64,000 nucleotides of DNA from Lepidodermella squamata (Eukaryota > Animalia > Gastrotricha): the NCBI GenBank assembly GCA_047495785.1, contig JBLDXI010000024.1, positions 2,170,001 through 2,234,000 on the forward strand. The letters run 5' to 3'. The notes beneath the pieces are model-generated. The model saw only the letters and a program-made list of their open reading frames with translations, made no database searches and was not told where the DNA came from. The stretch's first letter is position 1. Each line of letters begins with the position of its first letter. The position numbers were made by a program, and so were the translations under genes. Below, in pieces: positions 23,039 to 36,100 of this stretch.

Positions 23039-26000
23039 TCAATCTTGCTCGACATTTTTCAAATCAGCCGCATGAGTGTGAATGAAGCTTAGCATAGCAG
23101 ATGTTCGCGTGTAAACACCCGGCGTGAACTTCTGAGCGCACCCGAATCCGAACGAAACAACGCCACTCAGCACCCAGGCATCGCTCTTTCGACCGCCTAT
23201 TTTACAGGCCAACGGGCCGCCAGAGTCGCCCTGGCAGGCGTCCTTGCCTCCACTTTTATCGCCAGCGCACAGCGTGTTCATCGTAATTAGTTCCTATAAT
23301 AAAAATAAAAATATTCATAAAATTCTATGATTAAAAAAATATCCAGAAAATTTTAAGGAAATAATAAATTAAATAAATACTATTTAATACTAAATTAAAG
23401 TCAAAATTAATTATTAAATGATCATTTTTTTAATTTTTAATCAAGGTAATTTTGAATGTCGATTTGTGGGGCCTTTTCATAAATTAAAAAATTGAATAAA
23501 CCATAAATTTTCGCATATGAGCATTCTCCCAGGCGTCCAGACTTAGGGTCACAAGTCTTATATTAAGAGAATAGGATATTCCTAACTCATCGAAAATATT
23601 TGACCAACATTTAATTTGAAAACCCACTAATTATGCGAAAAATTAGGAAAATAATGAAGAAATTCTCATAATTTGCTAGAAAATCAGGATTCACCTTGCC
23701 AAAATTGGTTTCAAATTTCAGAATTATTACATCAAAACCTGACTTTTTCCAACTTCAGAAAACAGGATTCTGTCCTGGTCATGTACATACCTTATAGCGA
23801 TTATCTATTGCCCTGCATTCGGATATTTTGATGATTGGCAACGTGACTTGCCTCAGCACGCTATTTTCACCCGTTCCATGCGTTTCGCCGAATCCTGTCG
23901 CCGTGCAATTTTGGTCATGCTTCGGGCTGTCAATGCTTCCAGTTTTCGGCAAGCAAATCGGCGACACGTAATTGTTAAAAATCGCACCAGGCCGCTTCAA
24001 CCGGATTACGGCTATGTCGAACTCGAATTCATGGACGCCCTTCTCGTACTTTTCATGCAAGTAAATTCGTTCCGCTTTCAAAACTTGCAGACTATGGTCG
24101 GTTTTCTTGTCTTTCGTAACTCGGCCGGCGTGAAATTCATAGCTGTCAACTTTGCGATTACCCCTCTTGAAGTCTTTAAAGCAATGGGCGGCTGTTACGA
24201 TATGCCTCGGCGAAATTAGACTGCCACCGCAAATGTGGATGCCACCTTCACGTTGGTCCCGGATCGAGATTTGCCACGGCCACGAATTATTGACAGCTGC
24301 CATGCCGCCAACAATTTTAGCTTGAATGCCTTCTGGGGTAAAGGTTGAGTCGTCGTAGTCATCGCTGCTTTCTGAATCAACATTTTCATCAAAACTTTGC
24401 GGCGAATCTTGTGGCGAAGAAGGTTCAGAGAGGTCCGATTCAGCTGGCTCGATCGCCGCTTCACCATCGCCAACGTCCGGGCTCTCGGTTGGCTCGACGT
24501 CTCCTTCATTCTCCTCATCTTGAGTGTCTGACGGAGGATCTTCGGTAGGATCTTCGGGTGGATTATCAGAGTCTTCTACCGTTGAAAGGTATTCTTGGGT
24601 TTCGTAGAAATCCTCGAGTTCTTCTTCATCCTCCGACGTAACATCACTTCGAAGCGAGGATGCTAGTATACTGTTAACTTCGAAGGGCGGATAATACGGC
24701 CGGCCACATTTGAACTTGACTGCGGACAAAAAAATGTGAATAAATTTAATAAAGAGGGAATGAAATAATGGTCTATACGAAAAGTAACTACAAAATTAGC
24801 TTGACTGATTTTTAGGAACATTTAGAAGTAACGTAGTAAAAAGCTTGCGATATTTTCGAAAATAAAAATTCCGAAATTACCGGAAAACAAAATTCTTACG
24901 GTAGCTAAAGGCTCAATTCCTGCCAGGTAAAAATTAAAAAAAATTACGTCTCTCTCATCAGTTTCATCGGTCATGTTTATTACTTTTAATAAAATTATTA
25001 CTAATTTACAATAATAGATAAACAATTAGAATTTCACAAATTTCACACAACATTTATTATTGGGGCTGTTTTAAATTTGGATTTTTCCAAAAATTCCGAA
25101 AATTTTCGAAAAATGACCAGGAGAGTTAAAAAACCCATTTAACTCATTAAAGCCTAGACTTTCTTTTGAGAAAACCCTTTTACTTTTTTTCCTTATCGAC
25201 ACGTGCTATTTCGAAAGAGAAATAACTGGGGAACAAGTATTCGAAAACCCCATATTTCTATCACTTGAGGTTACAGGGAAATTCCAGCGTCAAGTTGGTC
25301 ACGTGACCTTACCTGATGTCACACCTGAGTGGTTATCTCGAGACCGGTGATAGCTAGGAAGCCGCTCTCAAAAAAAAGTTTATCAGCGTAGTAAGATCTA
25401 CCTAGAAATGCATTCAGTTTGGTCACAGGTGACTCTTCGTGCAAAATCGATTTTGATGACACTTTATTAGTGCAGTTTAGGCTAAATTGGCGCTAGCTCA
25501 TCGCCAAGCCGACGAGACACTAATGGTCATTTATCTGTTTTCACCGAATTTTTATACGATTTCCTAGCGTTCCCAGATTTCCCTTTTAGACACCCTGGGG
25601 TTGTAGTAACCCTACGGGATTATTTTTGGATATAGGGTGGTCGAAAAAGTCCCGGGGTCTTGTCTTTACTTGAGGGGTTTTTTTTTATTCGCAACAAAAA
25701 ATTCAGCTACAGCTACAGTTTTATGCATTCGAAAATTCGCTACAGAAATACTGTATTTCTCCTGTATTTTCTACGGATTCGAATAAAAAATACAGAAAAT
25801 ACAGCCTTATTTTTCCTACAAAAACTACAGCCAGAAAAAGTGTGCAAAGTGTAGAAATGGGGCTGTTTGTGCGCATAAAAAGTGCCGGGGCAAAAATTAA
25901 AACAAAAAATGGCTTGACCCCACAAGGAGTCGAACCCTCCACATCGATTTCGCCTATTAAACAAAGTCACATTTGCGAATAGTTTACAATTTCTGTATTT

Positions 26001-26841
26001 TGTACAGATTCAAAAATCAAGTGCTGGATAAATACTATTTATACTGTATAAAATATAGCGAATTTTCGAACGTGTAGAAAGTTATTGCATTTTTTGTAGA
26101 GAGTGCTATTTTCGAACGATAATACACAAAATACAGTATATACTGTTCGAAGTGTTGCGAATAAAAAAAAACCCCTCCTGTGCCTTTTCCTTCCCTTGTC
26201 TTTACTCTGTGGGCGCACCCATATTTTGTTAGGTAGGTTAAAAAATGTTCATAAGAATCTACGAAAATTTCCGGTCAATTTGGAAACTTACTGATAATTT
26301 TTGCAGTTCAACTACTCACAGGCTCAATCTACACGTTTCAAGTACAGACCTGGAGGATCTTCGCATTCCACGATTTTCAATGCCGCAACAAAGCCAGTTC
26401 CCTTGTCCTTATTGCCATTGCTTTTGAAGCGCATCAGCAATTTGTTAGCCTTCGATGTGAATACTTTTCGCTCGGTGGGCAGCTTCTTGCCGCAAATCTT
26501 GAAAAGCGTCGGCGCAGCGATTGAATCACCGTCATAAGCTGACCAGAAGTCGCTGTTACAGCCAATGCTCATTTCCATGTTAATGCCTACAACAAAAACG
26601 CATTGTTTAATTGGTTAGAATAAGTTCTGTATATATAAAGCCACTTACTTATCATTTCTACTTTGATGCATTTGTCTTCCTTGCTGGTAAATAGGATTCC
26701 AATATCGGAGTTAGGCGAATATTTGCCCTTTTTCGGAAACGAGAAGCTAACATCTTTAGCTAATTGGTAGCTAATAAGACGTATTGCCGATGCCAATTCA
26801 ATGATAAAACTTAGTATGGCGATAACATAAATTAGCTTCAT
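23039..26841 (-). CDS. Secreted CUB-domain trypsin-like serine protease (exons 26841-26649, 26586-26350, 24719-23791, 23293-23039)
   Basis: Signal peptide, CUB motifs (YSPNSD, AYDG, ICG, FKSN..GTGF), activation site K|IVGG, catalytic TAAHC, DIAV and GDSGGP, and S1 Asp (GKDAC). Splice phases are consistent. Confidence 0.93.
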
Positions 26842-27553
26842 AGTGGAATAGCTCAACTGACTAATAAGATTTGGTCGAGAAGTGAGAAGTTAAGAGCGTG
26901 TCAGGTGTCGAGGCACAGATGCAGAGTTACGTGGAGAAATGTACGTAATTAACCGAAATATCGAGACATTTGTTTACCCTTCAGGTTAGGAACAGCCATG
27001 GCACAGCTATCTATTCAAGTAAATAATGAGAGACGACTTGGCGGGAGTCCCACCTGAGACATTCTGAGACATTCTAGTCATAAACCATGGAAAGTTTCCT
27101 TTTAAAAATATTTCAATTCTCAAGAAAGTCGCCATATACCGTAATTCGGGGTAATTTTAGTGAGAACCCTTTTTAAGGATAATGAATTATTTTCAATGGG
27201 TAATTCCAGGTCAATTCGAGCGACGACCAAACCCATGTTTTCAAAACGGCCCCAATCTATTTTTAGATCGGATAGAGCATAAAAAACTACACCTTTTTTC
27301 AATTGCAATTGCGGAAAATTCAAAACAGTTTGCAGGCACGTGGTTTATGTGTGACGGTTGTTTATCTGAAAATTTAAATTTAAATCACGTGCTCACGCCA
27401 CCATTTCGTGTCATGTTTTGAGGCCAGAGACAACTCTTTCATGAACTTTCGAGAAAAGAAGAACGAAAAATGCTCTCAATATTCATCTCATGAAAAAAAT
27501 TTATTTCCGAAATTTCTACAAAATTTTTGTTCAAAAAAATTATTCTCAAATTA

Positions 27554-28662
27554 ATGCCTTACAACAGAACATCAAACGTAGATCGGTTAAGGTTGATACG
27601 GGCTTTCAATGACGGTACTGATTACGTTAATTTCGGTAGGATGCTCGGCATCAAAGAGCGAACGATTTATAACATCATAAGTACTTATAGAGAAGAAAAT
27701 CGCTCGGAAAGTTTGCATCGAGGGGGGCGACCAAAGGCTTGGCGGGAGGATTTTACCCATTTCGTTATTGAGAGGCTTGAGGACAATAGCCAGCTTACCC
27801 TGGAACAAATTCAGACAATGCTGCTTGTCGAGTTCGGCGCTGGCCTCTCCATTTCCACTATCCATCGTCACCTTGAGTATATCGGCTTTACTGTTAAGAA
27901 GGTCTACGCTTGTCCAGCGGATAGAAATCGACCTGATGTCATAGCCCTAAGAATTGTTTACGCGAATTGGTTCAACGGGTTTCGTCTGCATAACAGGTAT
28001 TACTATCAGGACGAGTTCGGGGTCTGCCTTTGGACTCGTCGATCTTGTGGCCGAGCTCGTCGTGGTCAGCGGGCTGTTGTGCAAAATCCGATGTCCCATG
28101 GTGGCAAAAATGTGTCTGTTTCGGTCGTCGTTTCGAGGCATGAGGGGTTGGTCTATTATCGATTGTACGATGAAGGTATGAAAAACAACATGTTTCGTGA
28201 GTTTATGCTCCAGGTATGAGCGGAAAAATTCATCAAATTGACGATTTTTCTGAAAAATTTGATTTATAGGCGTCAGCAGTGGTTGGCGTTAATAACCCGG
28301 CGACTTTCATCATCGACAATTGCCGCTCTCACAATGGCGCCGTCGGTGAACTGCCGCAAGGCCATACCATACACTTTTTACCGCCGTACTCACCATTTCT
28401 AAACCCAATAGAAAATGTTTTCTCTGCTGTCAAGTCTGGCATCAAAAGAGAAATTGCGGCGAGACGTGTCGAGCTGTTTGAGCTTCTAGCCGCTGCCCGA
28501 GAACTTGGTCAACCGATGACGCCAATTTGTCGAAACTTTCTGCACGAAATTGTCGAGCGTAATCTTCGATCGATCGTTACTCCGGCATTGGTGCGAGCCT
28601 GTGACGATCATGTACTGAATTATCTTCCAGCTTGTGCTGCTGGGCAACCGATTATTTATTAA
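27554..28662 (+). CDS. Tc1/IS630-type DDE transposase, 350 aa (exons 27554-28213, 28270-28662)
   Basis: N-terminal HTH with GGRPK, catalytic YQDE, IIDNCRSH and LPPYSPFLNPIE motifs, and a phase-0 56-bp intron. Confidence 0.93.
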
Positions 28663-28780
28663 GAAATTTTTGCAGGAAAAATTGAAGAACCGAAAAAAGA
28701 TGAATGAAATAAAAGAAACGTTTAATCGCGTGCTTCGCTTTATTTACGCTAATTCAAAAATTACGAATAAAAATCAGTGT

Positions 28781-29264
28781 TCATTGAAGTGAAGAATACG
28801 CCTGCCAAATAGGCTTTTCAATCAGCTCAATCGCCTTAGCAACAATCGATCCTTCCGAGCGGCGAAGACGTCTCATTAAGTCCGGGTCGAACAACAGATA
28901 ATCACGAAGGCTTCCTCTTGAAGGTGCAAACTTGTGCTTTTGCAAATATTGAACAAAAGACAGTTGTAGCTCGTTTTCTTCGGCTTTAGTCCACTTTCGC
29001 CGTGATCGATCTAAATGAAATGAAATTGAACACAGCTCGTTGCGCATTACATTAATTACCAATATTTGCCATGACAATGTGACGTGGCGGCAGTTCTGGC
29101 CGCGGTCGAGGGAGATTCGTCGGCACAATCAAGGGCAAGCCCAAGTCTTTCCAGGTTACCTTCTTGCTCGGTGGTTCCGAGACCGAGGCTGATCTTTCTA
29201 AAGTGGCCCCACGCTTTCGGCCACTACGATTTCGATTCGGCGACGGATCGGTTGAACTTGACAT
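28781..29264 (-). CDS. Transposon accessory protein (~145 aa) with a basic NLS-like N-terminus and a Myb/SANT-like helical domain (exons 29264-29060, 29010-28781)
   Basis: A phase-1 49-bp GT-AG intron joins two ORFs. The product contains RRKWTKAEENEL...RRSEGSIVAK, a Myb-like W-T-x-x-E-E pattern. The gene lies inside the TIRs. Confidence 0.7.
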
Positions 29265-30164
29265 TTTTATTTGCTTTTCTCACGAAGAATTTGAAGAAAC
29301 TGAAGGGCTGGACAGACATTTAAACTAGTGCAATGCTATTAATAAATGAGTTCAATCCTAGCCAAGATGATACAAGCAAATAAACAAAAAGCACGCGATT
29401 GCAATTAGTTTTGAATTTTCTGCAATTGCAAATGAAAAAATGTGTAAGAAACTTTAGTTCTTGTGATTTTTTCCTACGACGCTATGGCGAGGCTGTAAAA
29501 TTCAAAAACTGAAACCCACGCCAAATCATAGCAACAGTAGTCAAGGTGCTTGCTCTCGTTACCAGTAGCGTTTACTGGCGTGATATTTTTACTGGAGGTA
29601 CATCTCAATAGTCCCAGTATGTACGCATAGTCTCGGCCTGTAGTCGTCGATTTTGGATTTTCTAGAATTAGGATACCCCTAAAAGTGGATATTTTTGGAC
29701 AGGTGAAACATGCATTCTACTCAATTTTTTTCTCCAAATGATTTGCACTATCGTATTCAGCGTAAAAAGTTGTATAACATATGTCGGAATCAAGGTGGTG
29801 TTCCTCCGTTTCTTGTCATTCAAAGAAACGGAGGAACATGCAAATTTTCGTACCAAAATGATGGTTTGTTCTCTGTGTATTTTCGCGGAGAACTGATAAC
29901 TGATATGTAACAAAATGCCTTCTGCTAGAGGAAAACAGACCGAACAAAATCTGAAACATCATAAAATGACAAGATAGAATTCATCCATCATCGTTGTTTA
30001 TTTACTAATCTTGTTGATTGTTGAAGCAAGCAAAATCAATATATTAGCAGGAAACATGAAGAAGCAAGGAGCCTAGTTAAAACCTGGATTTAAGTTGGAA
30101 AGACAAAATCAAAACACTTTGCTTGAATAAATTGTTAGTCAAAATGGCAGTAATGTTCTGTTAA

Positions 30165-33100
30165 TTAGGAATTCATAGCTGTGAGCTCAGCGTCTTCAAT
30201 AGCTCGGCAAGCTATGTCGGCAGCCACACTTGGCAGCTCAATGGCGCTCGAGAGCGTTTTCTTGGTAACCTCAATATGCTCCTGGAATACTTGCATCATT
30301 TTGTTGACATGCGTCGTCAGTGGCATGACGTAATACTTGATCCCTTTGTCCTTTATCATCCTCAAAACATCCGACTCTTTCCTACCACATGGGCATCCAT
30401 CTGGGTGATCGTCACTGCCAGTGCCGAATTGGCGCCCATGAGGCGGGGCGTCTAGGATGTGAATCAAAACCTTGGCGCAACCCTCGCGCCAACTCAACAT
30501 AGCCGACCGTTCAAGACCATCTAACACAGCCTCGGCTCCATCCCCGCCCCCTTCAGCTCCAACCCCGCCAATAAACCGAATCACATCATCTGCATTGGTC
30601 AAATTAGTGCTCTGTAGTAGCTTTGCCCCATCGCAGTGGTCACGGTACGCAACCATTGCGAACTGCATGCAGGATGATGTCTTATCCAGTTCTTGAAGTT
30701 GAGGCATGGACGCCTCGATGATTCGTTTGATAGCGTTCTTACACTCCGTTATGTAGGAAGACATCGAGCCAGTTGCGTCAATGCAAAAGGCCATATCCAC
30801 TCCGATGAAATCCACCTTGTTGAAATCGTGACAGTCAAACTGATGCTCCTTAGCTATAAGGGAGTCAGAATGCCAGGCAGGCAGGTCGCAGAATTTCTTA
30901 TCCGACTCGCTGTGAGAGCCATGCGGGCAGTAGCAGTTGCATTTGTGGACATCCTCGTCGTCAGTTGGCATTGCCCAGTTTTGGTGGCTCCAGTAATCGC
31001 GGCACAAGTATTTGTCGTAAACAACGCCCAAGTTAGGGTAGAATCGTTCATCCTCATCGCAGTGAACGACCCCTGATCCCCAGAGCTCCTCGCCACACTC
31101 GTCTCCGCCTTTACATGGGATCAAATGGTAGTGAGCGCGGCCTTTGCGTTTGCACTGCTGGACGCAGGTTTCCGCGATCAGCATGTCGCCAGGCTCGTAA
31201 ACTTTTTTCACCTTCTTACCAGCTACAGTGTCTTCAACGGTGATAGACCCGTCGCTGGTCTTCGCGACACAGTAGCAAAACTCCATGTTGCGATGTGTGA
31301 CTGTCAGATGCTCCCCGTCGTGGCCCATCTTCTCGCGGCAGAAGCTGCCACACTGCGGACACTGCTCGCTACACTTGTGTTCTTTCAGGCAATTGTGCGG
31401 CTCATCATGAGTCCATTCGCCACTTGGCAGTACACGCTGACACGTGTTGATGTTGCGCTCCGGTCTGATGTAGATGTACTCCAACGGATTGCGAGGGTGT
31501 TCGAGATAACGTTCTTCCTCAACGTAGTGAACCTCGCAAATTCCGTCCATCTCACATTTAACCGGACAGTTGTGTGCCGTCTCGCAAAGATGCAGTTTGA
31601 TGGGGATGCCTTTGCCTTCAGGCCTAGGGTCTGGAATCATCATGGTGACATCGTCGTGATTATGCGGGCCAGTGCATGGATTGCCGCAAAAAATACACCG
31701 CCTTGGGCAGTGTGTCTCGTTACACCTGTGCAAGTCATGGCTTTCTGTCATTGATTTCGTGCAGGTGTTCGGGCAGTATTGGCACGGTGAAGTGCATTGA
31801 TGGCTCGACGAGCATTTGTGCCTTGCTGGGTTGATGTGATCCGCCGCATACGTGCAGGGGTTATCGCCGCAGATTTCACATAGGAAAGGGCAATCGTGTT
31901 GCTCTTTACTACATGTGTGACTGCCATCGTGACCGGCCGGGTTTTTGCAAGGCAGCGCTTCACCTTTACAAATGCTGCATCCCTCGTCGCATCGATGGTT
32001 CGTACCACAACCACACTCAAGAGTTCTCTCCAAGTCTTCGAGCTCTTTCTTCAGCGTCACGAATTCCTTATTCCGTTCGATTAACCCGGACAATGCGTAC
32101 ACCTCATTAGCCAAACGGGTTTCGTTGCCTTCGGCAGCTTTCAGTTCAAGTTCAATTGTTGAGGCATCCCTAGCAGTGGCATTTACACCAGACAATTGCA
32201 GTTTCACCTCATTCAAGTTCATCTTTATGGTAGCCAGGTCAGCTTGAACCGACTGGCAATTAGCGTCAATCTCTGCGATTAATTTGAATTCGGATAGATC
32301 AGCGAACAGTTTTTGGGAGTCGGTTTTCAAGTTCTGTAAAGCTGAACTCATCATTTCAAGCCGCATTTCAGCATCGTTGATGAATGCAAGTAGCTTTCCC
32401 GCCGAGGAACGTTTCTCCCTTAACACGGCGATTTCGGACTCGAGCCTCGTAATTTCGCTTTGGTTGGAGGCCTGCTTTGAGCAGACCACTGCTAGATCAG
32501 CCGCGCATTTCTGATGTGTTGCATTCAGCTCAGTTACCAGCACATGAATCCGTAGAAAATCATCACGTAACTTTGCTAGTCGGTTTTCCAGCAGCTTCAA
32601 CTCGGCCAGATTCGATTCGCGATCAGCATATGCAGCTTTCAATCTCTCCATCTCTTGCAGCATGCTTGCATCAGAAACGGGCCCAGCGTAAGGCCGTAAC
32701 TGCTCCTCTGCTTCCAGCTTCTTCTTTTCAACAAAATTCACTCTTTAATTAAAAGCGAGACCATGAAATAAGGTTCAAATAGAAACACATTTAATACTTA
32801 CTTTTCCTTGGCCGCAACAATCGCTGCTTCATCAACTGGCAAGCCGTCTTCATCAAAGCCGGTCTCCTCCATTTTCTTTACCTGCTGGGTGAACTTGGCC
32901 GTGAGCATGCTGAAGCGTTTAACAGCATCCTCGAGCTCCCTGATGTTTTCCGGAGAGGATTCAGCGGGAGGATCGGATCTAACGGGCAGAGCGGCCATTG
33001 ATGAAGTTTCAACGGTTCCAGCCATCGATTGATAGGTCTCGATCAATTGAGCCATTTGATCAATTGTGCCGAACTGCTTTTGACAAGTCTCCTCCTTATC

Positions 33101-36100
33101 TTTTCGTTCACGGACCTTCAACTCTGTTTCCGCACTTTCCGAATTCACCTTCGTCATCTCATCTCTGTTTGCCTGAAGAGAGTCATTGGCGGTATGAGAA
33201 AGGTTTTCCAAACGCGATCTCTCATCACCAAGGGCAATTGCTTCTTTTTTGCGAGCATCGAGGAGGCTTTCAGCTTCTCCCAAATTTGTATGTCCGCCGG
33301 AGCTATCCTTCTGCAAAGCTTTCAGTTCACCTTCAGCTGAACTCAGCAATGCCTCCATTACGACCAACTGAGACAAGCATTCCTGCCACTGCGCATATTC
33401 TGCTTTCAGTGCCTCAATAGAGGACGTTAGTGGCGAATCGCTGGAGCATTTTCGGATTTGTTCTTCGATGAATTCACAAACTTGACCAAGTTTTCTTTCA
33501 ATGGCAGCTGATTGCTCGTCTGCGTCACCCGACTCATCCATCGCATCGGCTGAGGGAGTGTCACGCGTCGGAAGAATCTGCGTAGTTCGGAATGCGGATG
33601 ACAATGCTGATGCAAGGGCCGCTTTCTTAGAGTTAAAAACTTCGAAAAATGATTTCGAATCGAGGGAAAGTCGAGTCTTAGAAATCAGTTCCTGTCGCTT
33701 TCCCTTAAAATTAGCCTCCTCGACTTCCTTTTCCGTAAGCAACTGTTGTAGACGGCCTTGTTGGGAGTGATATTCTTGCTTGGCTCTAACATCCGATAGC
33801 TCATTTTCCAGCGCAATTCGAGTCGCTTTCACAGTTTCATATTCCGTCTTGGTTAGTAGCAATTTTTGCTCGTAGCCACTTATGGCTGCCTGGTCCTCAG
33901 CGGCTAGACTAGCCTTCAGTTCCTGAAGCCGCTCTTGCTTCTCACGCCGATACTCCCCAGTAGCTTCTTTATGGCCTTTACGCTCGGCACATTTCAAAAA
34001 GCATGAATTGCACTTGTTCAAGCATAGAGAGAATCGACTTCCCAAAGCGCTAATTTTGCTTTGAATCCCAGTGTGAAAGGCCTTCTTTTCCTCCTGATTA
34101 AGAATCTGGTCAAGAGCAGCGAGCTCCTGAGCGGCGAAGGCCCTAACGATTTCCAGACGTTTGGTTGTGAAGTCAACCAAAAGGTCGTTGAACGAGCCCC
34201 ACATTTGATTGAAGTCAACCTTGCTAAACTTGGGATCTTGGTCGCTGAAGAGATGCTGCTTCAAGGCGGCAGTGATAGCTGAATACCCACCATCGTCAAC
34301 CTCACCCGGATAAACGAAAGCAACGCTACTCTGACTTATCTCAAGCTCTTCGTTTTCACTTTCCGGTTCTTCTTCACGCCCAGCGCGACTTTTGGGTCGC
34401 TTCGACTTCGAAGTTGAGACTTGCTCCGCTTTTGAAGTATCTCCCCATAGTGACAGGATGCGGCTCTCCGTTTGCATCATTTTGACACGTTTTATGTGCT
34501 CATCCCCAGCCTGCTCGTCGTCACGATTGACTTGGAGCATGACAACCTTCAATGATTGGAGCAGGGTCATCGAATCAGCCCAGCGATTCCTTTGCAGGCC
34601 AAGGTCCTCGTTGTTTTCATCGAAAAAGGACATGCGAAGGTCGTTCAGTTCGCCAACAAAAATGTCTCGGTTCGTGTAGTTGTTCAGACACTGGAAAACC
34701 AAGGCACCACTGAAAAGTCGCTTCAGAAAGTGATGGTCGCCTTTCTGATTCAACACTTGGATGTTGCGCTGGAATTCCTGCTGAGCTTTCTCACGCTCCT
34801 CTGACGCCACATCACGAACAGCCATCATCAGCAGGCCCTTGAAGTAGTTGTTACCCTTCACACGGTCAACGGCGCTGTTCAAATCACTGAAAAGACGATT
34901 CAGATACCGGTTGAAGTTCAAATCTTGGTTAAGGATGGTCACGTCACACACGGCTGCTAAAATGGTCAGCAGTTTGACTTCTTCCAGTTCATTACGACTG
35001 ATACTGAAAAGACCTTCGCAGTCAAGAATGACGAAATCCCGCTCAGCGCCATCGGACTCACGGACTAGCCTTGCGTAGCTCATCCATATTCCATCCGTAC
35101 ATCGCGTTGCAGCAACACTGAATCTCGTACCGAACAGCCGATTGAGCAGGTAGCTTTTACCAGAAGATTGCCGCCCGATGATACCGATGATTTTGACTGG
35201 GCGACCACCTGCCATGGATCCGAGCACACTTTCGAGATGACCGAGCGTAACGCGATCCGCCAGCTCAGCAATCTGACTTGCTTTTTCGGTGCCAAAGCGA
35301 TGTCGTTTCCCGTCGATCAGTGGCACCAAGTTGTTCTCCTCAATTGTGCAAATGTGAACAGGGACGCGTGTCAGAAGAATGCAGCCGAGTTGTTCATTCG
35401 TAATCGGCGATTCCTTCATCGCCACGGCATCGCAGGGTTTGATACCGACTGACAATTTGTAGGGGAAAGTTCTCAAATAACTCTCCAGTTGAGTTGGTTT
35501 GAAATTGGCATTCTCCTCCGGCAACACTAGGTCGTAGGAAATGTTTTCAGAGGAACCGATGAAATGGGCGATGGGACCATACTTCATGGAACTTGCGTAG
35601 ATAATGTCAACAACAGGGTTACCCCGAACTTTCTCACGCTTTACTTCGTCGCCCATAGCCTTGAGAGAAACGTCAGAAGCCAACCCTGGCAATATAGCAC
35701 TGTTGACTGATTTCGCCTCCATAATCGAGAGATAGATGTTTGCACTGTCGCAAAATAACTTCAAGCCCCACGATCGATCGCTTCTGAATGAATGGATGAT
35801 TTCGAAATTCATGTCATAAATATCGGTGTAGCTTTCATTTCGCATGATGAAGAATGACAGGTTTTTTGTCACATGGACGCTTTTGTAAAGCTCTCCATTT
35901 TTCGTGAGGAGCCGCTTCTTCACACTTTCGCGACCGGTATTGCTGCGATGGCACCACTCTTCTGCCTCCTTTGTCGTGAAGCTGTACAAATACAGATTAC
36001 CCCGTTCATTCAAAAGCAGAGCCTCGCGGCGGCCACCCATCATTGCCATAGAGACGATTCTACCATCCACTTTATTCGGAATGAGACTACTGCCTTTGCT

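Larger units (their letters stand above)
27290..29444. mobile_element. Complete IS630-Tc1-mariner DNA transposon (~2.15 kb) with two convergent genes
   Basis: Imperfect ~37-bp TIRs CAC(C/A)TTTTTTCA(A/T)TTGCAATTGC(G/A)GAAAATTCAAAAC flanked by TA at 27288-27289 and 29445-29446. Confidence 0.92.

Noticed and set aside
25905-25945. tRNA gene on the minus strand (GGAGGGTTCGACTCC T-arm)
   Set aside because: Only a T-arm-like fragment inside an intronic repeat; no cloverleaf can be built.
26291-26311. Possible micro-exon in the CUB-protease gene
   Set aside because: The direct phase-1 splice from 26350 to 24719 already restores the frame; including the micro-exon would break phase.
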